Origin: Blasia pusilla
Taxonomy: Eukaryota
Length of the DNA stretch: 64,000 nt
Direction of reading: 5' to 3'
Assembly: GCA_050084515.1 (NCBI GenBank)
Contig: CM114271.1
Coordinates: 6,386,001 to 6,450,000, forward strand
Shown piece after piece: positions 1 to 17,272 of the stretch. Below the pieces are notes generated by a model. It did not search any database and had not been told where the DNA came from. It saw only the letters and a list, made by a program, of their open reading frames with translations. Every line of letters starts with the position of its first letter. Position 1 is the stretch's first letter. A program made the translations under genes and the position numbers.

Positions 1-1903
1 TGTAAATTTGAAATTATCGCAAAAGAAGGGTCAGCTTATCCATACTATGTCTGTATTGTACAAAAATTAATGTGCTATAGGGTTTTCATTACTCCTTTCC
101 TATGAAACGTCGTAAATCTTATGATCTTTTTTGCAATGGCAGCATTTTTTTTCGGGAGCATACATAACTTAGGGAGCTATTTGTTAATGAGAGATATGGA
201 ATTTCAACATATGCAAAACTCACAATTGAGACAATAAGTTTTCCTTTATTGTTTCCCTATTTGAGAGGGTTTTTTACTGGTCAATGTTCATTCAATGAGT
301 ATTTGAGTAGCCGTACAAAGCAGTTGTTTAGTGTGTTTACACTATACCAGCCATATATGCTTATAATGGACTATCTTCGACAATATTTTGCCTTAACTTC
401 TTCTAGTCATTATTTTCTTCTGAACAGAGAAATTGACCAGCTGAAAAAGAGATTTCCCCACCTTCATGACGAGGACCTTTATACACACCTATCTAGGTAT
501 GTTGTTATTGTGCACATCCTTGGTAGTCCATCGTGGCACAGACGATATTTAAAGGATCTTAAGGAAATGGTGAAAAAGTAGGGTATGCCCGACGTGTTTC
601 TCACCCTCACTTTTGATGAAGTATCAGATTCCAGATGGCATGAAATTGACGACATGGAAGTCATTCTCCGTAGGCTTAACCCATCTTTCACATGGAGAAA
701 GATGGGTTATTGAGTAATAGAATATATTGACTCTAGTCCTCCACATAGAAGAACCATCATGTATAAAAATGCCAGTACGCTTTGCAAACATCCAACAATC
801 TTATATTGCCATCAACCTGAATGCCTGTCAATTTGACGTTCTTTAAGTTATGGAGTTCTTATGAAATCCTTGCAATAGGTACAAGAAGCTAAAAGAAATT
901 TGTGGCACATGACTCCATTGGAAACTATGTATATAAAATGGACAGACTTGTCTGATTCACTAAATATCACCCATTGCATTAGTTGAACGAATTCTTCTAC
1001 AACATACTCCTCATCCACATTACATTGAGGTTGAAAGGTGAGATTCTCTCCATAGAATCTCCTAATTGGACATATTTACATGAGTGCATTTGTCGAGATA
1101 TTTTTTCGTGATCCTTCATCCATAGTTGAGGAAATTAAAAAACATGATGTATCTAATCTATGGAGTGAAGTTCATGCGAGTGAAATTGTAACAAAAGTAA
1201 TTGACTTTATTGAACCATAGTTACTGTTTGATGTAGACCCCAATACATTTTGTATCAGCGAACCACATAGCAATGACACTACTAATATACCCCAACCACA
1301 TGGTAGCACGGCCTTACCCTTCAATATGTCGAACTCTGAACAACTATAACTTTATGAGACTATCAGTAGACTCTCAGCTGGTTTGGTAATGATAACTGGT
1401 CCACCAGGATCTGGCAAGACATTCTTTATCTATTTCATTCAAAAAAATTGGCTTGCTAATTCTGTGCCAACCATGTTGACTACAACGACAGGTATTGATG
1501 TTATAAGGCTTCATGAACAAGCTACAACAGTGCATTCTGCCTTTGCCATCCCTGTGAAAGGAGATCTACCTACAATGCACACTGCAAGTGATCACTACAT
1601 TTGCCTTTGGGATACTAAAGTAATAGTCATAGATGAATGCTCACCCCCGATTATTGCAGATAATTGCTATGAGATTACAGGAGGTTTGCCCATCCTCCAA
1701 TCTTAGTACCTTTTCAACAAAACTTGTTATACTTTTAGGTGACCTTTTTCAACTACCTCCAATTTGTTGGCATAACCTTGTTCCAATGTGCCTAGTGTGC
1801 CACATATCTTCATCCCCACTTTTCAGCTCACTGCACAAATATGAACTTTCTGCTATTATGAGACATGGTAGTGATACTCAACTACTCACATTCTTGTCGC
1901 AAA

Positions 1904-2503
1904 TGTCGTGCGCATACACATCGTTGTCACCGAACACACACACAAACACGCATGATCACATGCTAACTCATGGCATCCAAACACAGAGGCGAGAAGTACC
2001 AAAATATCTCCAATAAAGTAAGATCCAATCTCTCTTTACACCATCTCACACCATAGCTCTCAAAGGTGTGCACTCTCTCTCATGTCTAACCAAATCCTCT
2101 CTCCTAATGAGAGGTTTGGATTACACTCACAAGACAAGGGACCATAGCTCCGTCGCCTCATGCCAAGAGGTTCAACAAAGAGAGAATGAGCTCTCAAGCT
2201 TTCTCTCCCTGAGCTATACCCCTCCCCTCGCCCAAGCTCTCTCCAAGGTAACTTATTCTCCTACGTCATCTCCTTGGCTCTTGACCTGATGTAGGAGGTC
2301 AAGGTCTACTTGCCAAAAATAGAAAGTTGGTCATATACGCATAATGGTACTGACCTAAAATAGTAAGTTACTCAATATGGCTCCAAATGAGCCGAAATGA
2401 AGGGGAAACCTCAGCAGGTCATCCTCAACCTACTTAACCTGGCCTCCACTACTCACAAAGGCGCTCTACTAGATCTCACCGATCTATCCTAAAAGACGTG
2501 ACA
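1904..2503 (-). mobile_element. Solo LTR (600 bp) inserted in the Helitron helicase
   Basis: Ends are TGTCG...GTGACA, flanked by CAAA on both sides (1900-1903, 2504-2507). Removing it rejoins the helicase frame (FLSQ|IKIR*PTQQEI...IICSHR). Its termini resemble the LTRs at 52715-53307 and 24963-25967. Confidence 0.8.
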
Positions 2504-2871
2504 CAAATCAAGATCAGATAGCCAACGCAACAGGAAATTACAACCTGTCTTGGTAAGTGTTTTGTTGACGAGGATGTTGGTATAGATTCTGTCCAAGAAG
2601 ACACTCATATAATCTGTTCTCATAGATGTGACATCCAATTATTTAATGTTGTGGCGCTGCAAAGGTTGTATGGATCTACTTCTATTATTATCGTTAATGT
2701 TTCTACAAATGCACTCTGCTGACTCTCACTTTCATGATTGGATATCCGATTCCTCCTTCCACCAGTTGCAATTTTTTGCAATTGGTTGTAAGGTGTTGCT
2801 CACATGTAATATTGATAGAAAAAATCAAGCAACGAATGGTGCCTCTGCAACAACACTAGAATGCAACTATA

Positions 2872-3031
2872 AGTCACATGAATTTTTGTCTATAACAATA
2901 ATGTTGCACTCAAACAACAGAGTATGATAAGTATGACAAACTTTGCTACTCTCCGAAGTTTGTCATACTTATCTTTATGACTCTATTGTTTGAGTGCAAC
3001 ATTATTGTTATAGACAAAAATTCATGTGACT
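2872..3031. repeat. Fold-back inverted duplication, ~72-bp arms, ~12-nt loop
   Basis: AGTCACATGAATTTTTGTCTATAACAATAATGTTGCACTCAAACAA...GATAAGTATGACAAACTT is followed by its near-exact reverse complement. Confidence 0.95.
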
Positions 3032-6000
3032 CCGAAATACAGAGACCAGTTACGCATTATTGGAAATCTAGTGCCTGCAAATTTTAGTGTTTTTGGCCAG
3101 GTAATGTAACAATATGTTTCCACAAAATCTATCACTAACTGGCCATGATTGTAGCTAACATGTCAACCAGCAAAGGATCAACAAAAAGTCGGGCAAGGAG
3201 GGCAGCTACTTCACATGTAGGAGCAACACACTTAAGTCCAACTATTGCTACATCTCCTGTTGTACAACCACCCACTATCTTGCTCAACGACACTACTTCA
3301 GATGGTTACACTCATACTCCGACAACTCAACAACAATCAACACACAATACTGGAATCCAAAATGAGCGCTATACCCAGGTTTGTGCATACTACCACAACT
3401 CACACCCTAATTGGTCACTTGAGAACTGCGAAGTACACAATTGTAGTCCCCACACTTCATGCAACCAATTTTATATACGTACCAACTCTTTCAACTATCT
3501 CTACTACCACATTAGGTCCTCATACTGATAATGTCTTTATCAAGTACCAAAGTCATATGTAGACTTTGCCCAGATGATATTGGATGATATGCTTGAACTT
3601 CCTGAAGAGACTAATATTCAGGTGGTCCCACCAACCGACGCCCAGCTGAAATATGCTAACAATTTAGGGCTAGATCAGTCTCATTGGGAGGCCATGTTTC
3701 CAGCCGAGAGATGTGTCGAATGATTGATCAAAGGAAAGTCTGGGCAACAACATTTCATGAGTTAAAAAACCACCTGCAACATGTATGCAAACTTCACAAT
3801 TTGTACACTTCATGAAATCTGAATTTATACAACACTTCACATTCACATACATGCTTGACTTTTTTTGGGTGGATTTTGCCAGGCACTTAGAAAGAGGTAA
3901 TGAGACACAAGGGGGTTCCATTCAATGAAAATGATTTAACTAGGCAACAAGTTGCCATTCATTATGCACGCCTGACGGATGGCATAAATCCTGATCAATT
4001 TCAGGAGTTACGGTTGATCATGAAGTTGCCATTGGATATGTTGATCTCTCACAGTTCAACTAAAGCAACACATTTGCTTACACGCCTAAGGACAATCCGA
4101 GACAACATCACACTTTCAACTATGGCAGACTTAGGGATCACCTCACTCGCTGCCCTTCAACATGTACATGCCACGCAAACCCATGCTGAAAGAGGTCTAT
4201 CAACGTCCTGGAAACCAGAGTACCAGTTCAACAATGACAACTTGTCCTATGTTGGATCGTCGCTTCCTGAGTCTCCAAACAAGAGAAAATGTCCATAATT
4301 GTTCAACAAAAGTTTAGGTTTGTTAAATTATTACATTGTCTTTGTAACCATAGTTGTTTGAAAAGTGTTATTTTGATCTAATGGGTATTCATAATTTGTA
4401 GTGTCGTTTGTTGGGTTTTGATGTGAATAGGGATCTAAATGGCTATGTGGTGCCATTCCATTCACACATAGCTCTAGTGTGATTTATGTGCAACTTCCAA
4501 CATTTAGTTTTTTGGCTCTTACCTTGAAGCATAATACATCTATAGTTCACAACTGGTTATACTACTTCCAATAATGCTTTTGTTATCTGATAGGATCTTG
4601 CTTTATACCTTACTACAATATATTTTTGTTGCAACTTGAAAATATTTTCCATAATTTTCCGGCAATATACTCTTATGTCCACTTCATGCTTGCTAGTTCT
4701 AAGTCAGTATTCATATCGTGTGTTCCACACATTAGCTCATATAGGAAAAATTGAGTGCAACTTCTTCATGCAGCAAAATTTTGGCTACAACTACGATGGT
4801 TTTGTTAAAATATTACTGTTCTTAGAATTAAGTGTTGAACTTCAATACTTTTTGTCTATTTGAGGTTTATATCAGCAAGTCAATGTTGTTGGTCGATTAC
4901 ACAATGGTGGCAAGTTTCATTTGTATACTTCTCCTAATGAATTGTATCTACTGAATTTACCTATTTAGTACTAAACTTTTAATTCCATTTTATCGGTGCA
5001 CCGATCATTGTGTAAATATAACCCACTCAAACAACGGCCTTACACCTACCCAATATCTTTGCAGCTTATGGTGTATCACATTGTTTGCATTATATACTAC
5101 ATATTTATCCTATTGCATATATGTTGTAGTAAAATATATACTCAAATGCCGTTTGTCATTTTATTCAAACTCCAGAACTCAATATTGCTCACACTTAGCG
5201 TTAACTCTTGACTCTAGGATTCCTGCTCTCATTGTTTGAATCTTTACATTTAGTACCATAACTTGTTCATTGCATTAAATATAATATTATGAACAAGCCA
5301 TGCGTTCTACTAAATGAAGTTTCAAATTGTGGCCATGCAGAAAAGAGATATTCACGACTCCACATCTAGCAGTGCTTACCGGACTCCACTTGCTAATACA
5401 CCTTTTGAGAGACTTGGTCAACAGAAGAAAGAGCAGAAAAGATGCAAGTTAACAATATCGACGACAAGCAACAATGTTGTTAATGCACCGAGTTCTGCTG
5501 ATATTGTATCATCCTGTTTATTTGATGTTGCACTTGAGAACATTGCACTTCTTCGAAACCAGCTCAAACTATGTGAGGAACGACATTCCATACTACGAGA
5601 AGTTATGGAATACGTTGGCAAGGACGATGGACATCGCGTGCAGAAAATAATTGATGTATATGAGCAACCGAGGTCAATTATTGAAGAAATATCAGTGTTG
5701 AGCAAACATTGTGCACACCACCATCCTAAGGATGAAGAATTGGCCCTGTCCATTAAGTAGTTACAATAATTGGCAGTTGTCAAGTAGTTTACATCATGTG
5801 TAGATGTGAGAATTGTGACCTGAATGAAACTTTTGTGTTGAGCAATATGTTCAATGTAGTATGTTGCTTTTAATACAAAATCGTACAGCTAGTTAGTTTT
5901 GGGTACCCGTGGCCTACAATTTTGTACGTGAATTAACTGCTCAATTTTAGATGTGAGTTACATGAATAATTGTTTCAATTTTGTACAATGGCACCTCTCC

Positions 6001-6299
6001 AAACCAAATTATCAACTTGTTGTACCAATTCACTAGGCTATTATCCGGGATGCATCATCATTCATGCACACTGGGTCTGTTATAAAATCAGCATTCCATA
6101 CTTACCCGCATAAACTCGTTTGGTACCCGTAATATTGTCGGGCATCCTCATCGACACAAGTCCACTCCTCGCATACTTTACACACATACAATACCTACTA
6201 TTGTGCAACCGGGCATACAAAAAGTGTCAAGGACCGATATTTAAGAGTATTTCCACCCGTGTACTTCCTTCACACGTTGTACATACGCCCATTGTACAA

Positions 6300-7505
6300 A
6301 CGCCTACCAGACCGATGTCCTACTTGTTTTACGGTGCTTCCGTATGGAAGCTGCCATGAATCGTGCGCTCCTCCCTCTCCACCCGTAAAGAACGCGACGT
6401 CGACGAGAAAAGAAGTTGCGCCTGCTTGTCCAACTGCCCACCTCCCACCCGCAAGGTGCCACGCGTATATACACACGGCAGTAGCTGCTGAAAGTGGTGG
6501 TGGGGGGAGGCGAGTGGTGTTACAATGGTCAAGGGCTTTTGAAATACGGTCTCAAACCCGCTCGCTCGCTCGCTCGCCCGCCCGCCCGCCCGCGCACGGC
6601 ACCCGCGGTTGCTGCTGCAGCCACGGCACACCAACAACAATCAGTAGTCATATGTAGTCGTCGACTCTGGGATCGCAGAGTTCGTGCTTGTGAAGACACT
6701 TCCAGCGGCGCCCCGGGCTTCTCTCTTCCTCAGGTTGGTGTGCTTCCTTCCGCGTCAAGTTCCCGAGCGAATTCTAGAAGAGTCGGGCGGGGCGATCCGG
6801 AGGGCAGGAGAGGGGAGGGGCCGGCTTTTATTGCGGACGGCCCGGGTAGTGTCTGCCGATCTTGCGAGCGGTGGGAGTTGCGGTTGGAGGAGGTGTGTTG
6901 AACAGGAGGAATTGAACGCTTCACAGGGGAATCAGTGCCGGATCGTTTCTTCCCTTCCGCACAACAGTTCGGCTGGGCAATGTCGGTGGGCTAGGGTTTT
7001 TAGGGGAGAATATAAGAGGGCAGAGATTTCGATGTCGTGTTGCGAACGAGAGGGCATAGTCACTTATTAGGTATGGAGAACTGGCTTCCTGGTGTGTATG
7101 TGTGGGGTGGAACTTCAGGCGGGCGGATCCTGTGTTGTATGTTAACCTCTTTCTCAGTAGTGGGTGGAAGGGAAGGGAACCCACATTTGTCAGGTTGCAG
7201 GTCACGGGTGCTCTCTGCTCATGATCACGATTGTGAAGGGAGTTTCTTGGAATAGTGGTCTCTTGTTGTGAAAGCAATTCGACAAATCCTTTCTTTGCCC
7301 TTGACTTGTGAAATCTGATCAATCGTTAACTGAGTTTTCTTGAAATTGGTGCGTCGGCCGGCCTGCCTGCTCCACCGCTGGAGATACTAGTGGCTTAATA
7401 TCCTCGTGGTTTCTTGATGGTGTTGGACAATACAGGAAGCGACGACCACTGTATTGAGAACTGCGCGATCAATTGGAAGAGAGGAGTTGGTCGAGGGCGA
7501 TTGTC
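6300..7505 (+). promoter_or_regulatory. CDC48 promoter and 5'UTR, probably with a leader intron
   Basis: CpG-rich stretch with (CGCT)n(CGCC)n at ~6559-6592. Candidate donor CAG|GTTGGT at ~6733 and acceptor ATACAG|GA at ~7435 lie upstream of the ATG at 7506. Confidence 0.55.
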
Positions 7506-12761
<5,256 letters not shown>

Positions 12762-14976
12762 TCAGGTTTGTATGTCATGAGGAAGTTGGCAGGGCCATGG
12801 ACTGTGGGTCAAGTTGCACTGCAGGTGAACAGATTCTTTCCTAGGATTCATGAATCCCTTACTTATATGACAGCCAATTCTACTGCCAGCAAAGTGTCCT
12901 CTTATGTAGATCCACGTACCAAGATCTTGATCAGAGAACACATTGCTGAAGAAAGCAAGACTTTTGAGTGCTCATCAAGAAGCCTTCTTGACAAGTGCAG
13001 AGGCTAATGTCAAGAGAGACCTTGTTTCATTGCCGTCTGCTTGCTGGAGGGGTCTAGATTTCGCCTTAGAGTAAATGTGCCCACCCGAGGCAGTGCAACT
13101 TGGCCTTAGGCTTGGCCATCATGATTAGGTTGTAAATTGATGTCCATACCAAGTTTCCCCTTGATGCACGACGGGGTGACAATTCAGGCCGCTCATTCTT
13201 GTAATAAAAATGTTCGGAGGAATTTTCTTCATCACGGAATAAGAGCTCTATTCTTCAATGACCGAGAAACTCACTCGCATGTTTCCATCGAGTCTGAAAA
13301 AGATTTCTTTGCGATCGCAGGAAGGCCTGGCCTAACTTTTCTCTGCCCACATCAACACCACCCACCAGGGATTGGCTGATGTCACAGTCGCACAACATCC
13401 CGTGCCATATGTTATGTCCCGTCTAACACTGCCGCACACAAGTTTCACACCATGTGTGATATCAGAGCATTTCTGCTGTCCCCTGCGTTCAGAATTGGAG
13501 ACAGCTTCCTGTCAACCCGTTACCAAGCGTCGGGCCTTACCAGGGTATCTGCTAGGAAACTGAGTGGGCAGATATCGGCTCTGGTTGTCTTGGGTGTGCG
13601 CATAGATCCAACCACCCTAAGTGCAGATTGATATATGTGGTCGAATCTAAGAGTGGGGCGATTCTCACTAGTGAAGGTCCATAGCACGGGCATCTACAGA
13701 AAGACTGGCTGTTCGAACTCGGAACTTATATATCAAGTGGCCCTGAAAATGAGTAGCAAGGGACTTAATTACGTAGCCAGTGAAGGTGGACTTGCACGCT
13801 CCTCTTAGGTTAATAGTGCACGGGTAGGTAGGTAGGTACACACACCCGCGAGTCTTGGACAGAAAGTCCATTCTGGTTCGGCAATCTGCTAGTACCACTG
13901 TGCATCTTTCCCAAAACATTCCCTGATTTGATGTTATAGCGTTCGCCCGAACTTTCAGATTCCTAGCAGAAAATGCGAAATTCTGTCGGCCAGCTTTACA
14001 AAGAATGCTGGCACTGGGCGAGGTGTGATGCCCCCGCACTCCTCTCAAGTAAATTCTAATGCATGTGAAGATTATTGCCCGCATTTTCTTATTGTCGAGG
14101 GTCAAGTGCCAAACATATATGTAGTAAGAAGGCACTCTCCAATAATAATGTAAATTATTAGAAATTTTTTTATATTACAAACAACACTATTGACTCTTAA
14201 AGATGAGGCCGGATTATATCTTCACCCTAATTGTTTAGGGGCATCAAGTGGAGTCTATGAGGATCCTACTTGTCGGGTCAAACCGCACCGGGATGATTGG
14301 TGCTAAACCCCACGCAACATAGCAAAACAATCAAAGTAAGAGGAAGTTTGGCGCATAGTCAGAAGATTTATTGCCAAATCAAAATGAATAGTGGAGGTTC
14401 TTTCTAAACGCCCCACTCCTCCCATCCATTAATTCTCCAATACTCAAGTGTCACTTCTTCCAATAATGGGACTTCCCTTCCCCCAATGATTATCATTTCC
14501 TTGGCCTCTACAAACAAACCACTTACCAAGGAAAAAATAGTACGATATTATTTTGTTTTATTGCGTCACTATTTTGTCTTATTGTGCATGGAAGGTTTGT
14601 CATTATAATATAGGTTTTGTCCAAATAATATGGGATGCCCATAAAGGTTTAGGGTCTTTGGTCTCCATACTCCATCTTCTCTCCAATGAATAAAGAAAAC
14701 CACATTAAGAGAGCAAAAACTTGATATGCTCCGATCAAATCTTTACAAGGACCTAACTCCTCCCTTTGAAACTATGCAAATGAATCGTAGACTTATAGAA
14801 GAATGTCACTATTATAGGAGTAGCACCACGCCCAGCAAAAAACTCCCATTCTCAAGGAAGAAACTCCCCTTCCTCTAATGATTGATAAGCATGCCATGCA
14901 CGGAGATGTGGAAGTAATTGGAACCTTTTATTGTAAAGTATGTCATTTAATATAAAATACAGATTTTACCATACGA

Positions 14977-15058
14977 GTCGCTTTGGCCGAGTGGTTAAGG
15001 CGTGTGCCTGCTAAGTACATGGGGTCTCCCCGCGAGAGTTCGAATCTCTCAGGCGACG
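14977..15058 (+). tRNA. tRNA-Ser(GCT): tRNA-Ser, anticodon GCT (82 nt, long variable arm)
   Basis: Acceptor stem GTCGCTT/AGGCGAC with discriminator G. A-box TGGCCGAGTGG, anticodon loop CT-GCT-AA, variable arm GGGG-TCT-CCCC, T-arm GAGAG-TTCGAAT-CTCTC. Confidence 0.97.
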
Positions 15059-16251
15059 ACTCGATGGCGGCTATATGATACACTTGGTTGGATTGTGTAT
15101 TCCAAACCTAAAAGTCTTGTCCGCTCTTCTGTAAGAGAGAGGAATTAGAGGCTCTACTTATTGCCTGCAAGCGCTCGCGAATGGGGACGGGAGGTTTTGG
15201 CTTTAGGGTTGGTTGGTTGGTTAGCAGTATGTTCTGGAAGGCACGATTCAGAAGTTCCAACCGATTCTCGTATCGCTCGCGTTTTCTACGAGGATCCGGT
15301 TCTTTGTCCGGTGATATGGTGGCGAGCAACTTCTGCGAGACGTGAAAATCGATGGCAAACGTCTGCCATCGACTTTAGTTGCAGCTTCCGTCAGAAAGTA
15401 GTGAACGGACTCCTTTGATATCTTCCAATCGAGTGCGGCGTTTACCAATCGCAGTGAGAAGTAGATTCGAATGGCTGGGTTTTGGCATTACATCCGGAAC
15501 AATCTTAAGGTTCGCTGACTCCTGTCGCTGCTACTTTTCCAGTCTTGCATAATCGGCCAACATACGAACTGCAGAGAAGTGCTGAATCTCGGATTTCAGG
15601 TCCATGCGGCCCTCAGATGTGTGTGACGGTGGGCGTCATCCTCACCTTCGCGTGGTTGCGGACAAGCTTAGACCTGCAGATCCAAAATCCCCACTCCTTG
15701 GTTTCTGTCCCGCCTCCAGTGAGTCCTACAGGTACCTTCTACGGGTCGGTGGCCGATTGCAGATCAGGTAGTGAGGTGAGTAGGAAAGGCTTGGGTCGGA
15801 CTTGTGGGATGCATAGTAGTTGGTTACGATCGGCGGTGGAGACGTCTTTTCGTGGAGAGGTCGATGGTCATCGCTCTACTAATCATTTCGATGAAGGTCT
15901 TCGGCGGCTCCTCAACATGCAATACAATGGCAGTGAAACTCGTTAATTTTGATTCGGAGTTGATGAAGTTGAAATGAAGTTGATGAGACGATTTCCGGAG
16001 AAGGGAAACTCGGAGGAGGTCCAGGATTTTAAACCTGCGTTTGATTTCGTTTGAAAAAGTTGTGCGAGTAAGTGCTGAGGACTATTCGGGATGTGGCGAG
16101 CTTCCATGATGAAAATCGTGAACGGAGGATGAGCACACCGGTGTGACCAGCTGTAAGGCTCCATGAATGCCAAATGGGGTTTAGCCAACGGGGTGAGAAC
16201 TCCCCAAGTCTATTATATAGTTTTCACCATGGATGCTTCACTAGAGCAAAT

Positions 16252-17142
16252 TCACCAATACTGCCGCTGCCCAGTGAGCAAGACCCAGCAATTGACGGTC
16301 ATTCTACAGATGGCAAGTGCCCAAATACCGTCCAGAAACTGCCCTCTCCTACCTATGACCCAAAGAGAAGCAAGACCTGCAAAAGCACTACTCCTCCACT
16401 CCTTCCCATTGTAAACGGCAAACGCAGCATTACATGCGATCCACGCGAGCCAGTTCCAGTCGCTGAACGACACTTCTGTATAGCTCGTGTGTGAATTCCC
16501 AGTCAGGTGCTGCACTAGAGCTCGGTACAGCCACGAGTAGTAGAATAGCCCATCCTGTACCGGAGTTGTGAAAGCCCCCGCGATTCTCATCGCATCCAAC
16601 AACCACCCACATGCTCTGGACTGATAGTCATCTCCTGGGCTCCAACAGATCCTCATGTCGCCATGACTATTCTCGTTGAGGTGTACCGTCACCAGTCCAC
16701 TCAGAGCACCCACAATCAGTCCCTCCATTGTTCCCAATCCTGGAGTGAAGTTCTCGTAGTTCAGTTCAGGCAGATGGGGGTAAACGAGGGCAATGCACGT
16801 CGCGGCAAGTCCACAATGAACGACATGAATCTTGTAGCGGGCCCTTCTCATCGGAGGAGATTGCATAAGGTTGAAAGAGAGTCGCTCATGCTCATCTGCT
16901 GAACTGCCCGGGAATCGCCTCCCATTCGTTGCAGCTGCAGTTTCCATAAACTCCTGGTGGGCCTCTCGTCTGGCGATGAAAAGGGATCGGTAGTGGATCA
17001 CATTGGCGGACACCGTGGCTAGCAACCACGGCAGGATGCGGAGAAGTGTGCCCACTATTTGCACCATTCGCATGTGTAGAACGATGTCGCAGCGACTCGG
17101 CAGCAGAGGGAAGGCCACGGGCAGCCACAGATTGACATCCAG
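16252..17142 (-). CDS. Multi-pass membrane protein resembling CAAX prenyl protease-related (CPBP/type II CAAX, TIGR03008-like) proteins with degenerate catalytic motifs; main coding exon
   Basis: Uninterrupted ORF of ~296 codons with several hydrophobic segments. LRILPW..., ALVYPHLPEL, MRIAGAFTTPVQDGLFYYSWLYRAL and terminal WVLLTGQRQYW parallel my recalled family pattern (ARVLPF..., WR.YPEL, RLLGA.LVVPVMEELFWRSFL.R, WVL.TG.WQFW). First in-frame ATGs are at 17073 and 17067. Confidence 0.72.
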   Translation of the reverse strand: MDVNLWLPVAFPLLPSRCDIVLHMRMVQIVGTLLRILPWLLATVSANVIHYRSLFIARREAHQEFMETAAATNGRRFPGSSADEHERLSFNLMQSPPMRRARYKIHVVHCGLAATCIALVYPHLPELNYENFTPGLGTMEGLIVGALSGLVTVHLNENSHGDMRICWSPGDDYQSRACGWLLDAMRIAGAFTTPVQDGLFYYSWLYRALVQHLTGNSHTSYTEVSFSDWNWLAWIACNAAFAVYNGKEWRSSAFAGLASLWVIGRRGQFLDGIWALAICRMTVNCWVLLTGQRQYW

Positions 17143-17272
17143 CTACCCACAGAGGCCAAACACCTGCTTCAATGCCCGTCTTCGCCACCGATCCAGCTCG
17201 CCAGCGCTGTGATCATGGCGATGGGCCGTGACATCTTTCTGGAGATGGTCGGCTGAATGCACACCGACGCAC

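Larger units (their letters stand above)
190..3100 (+). mobile_element. Degenerate autonomous Helitron (Rep-side domain plus PIF1 helicase), with frameshifts and stops
   Basis: The segment 'ILGSPSWHRRYLKDLKEMVKK*GMPDVFLTLTFDE' (~515-620) resembles the Helitron_like_N region. PIF1 motifs are [24 protein letters not shown] (1383-1706), LLGDLFQLPP (1633-2016) and KVLLTCNIDRKNQATNG (2628-2927). Termini were not identified; the element probably starts before the window. Confidence 0.85.

Noticed and set aside
5200-6300. 3' terminus of the large Helitron
   Set aside because: CTAG sites occur (for example ~5214, ~5889, ~6033), but none has a convincing GC-rich hairpin just upstream.
6259-7322. Several overlapping 100-135 aa ORFs on both strands
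   Set aside because: They lie in the GC-rich CDC48 promoter/leader, where stops are rare; the products are low-complexity with no recognisable domain.
15059-16200. Possible C/D snoRNA cluster after the tRNA (several TGATGA words)
   Set aside because: I found no convincing box C-box D pair with a terminal stem and rRNA-complementary guide.
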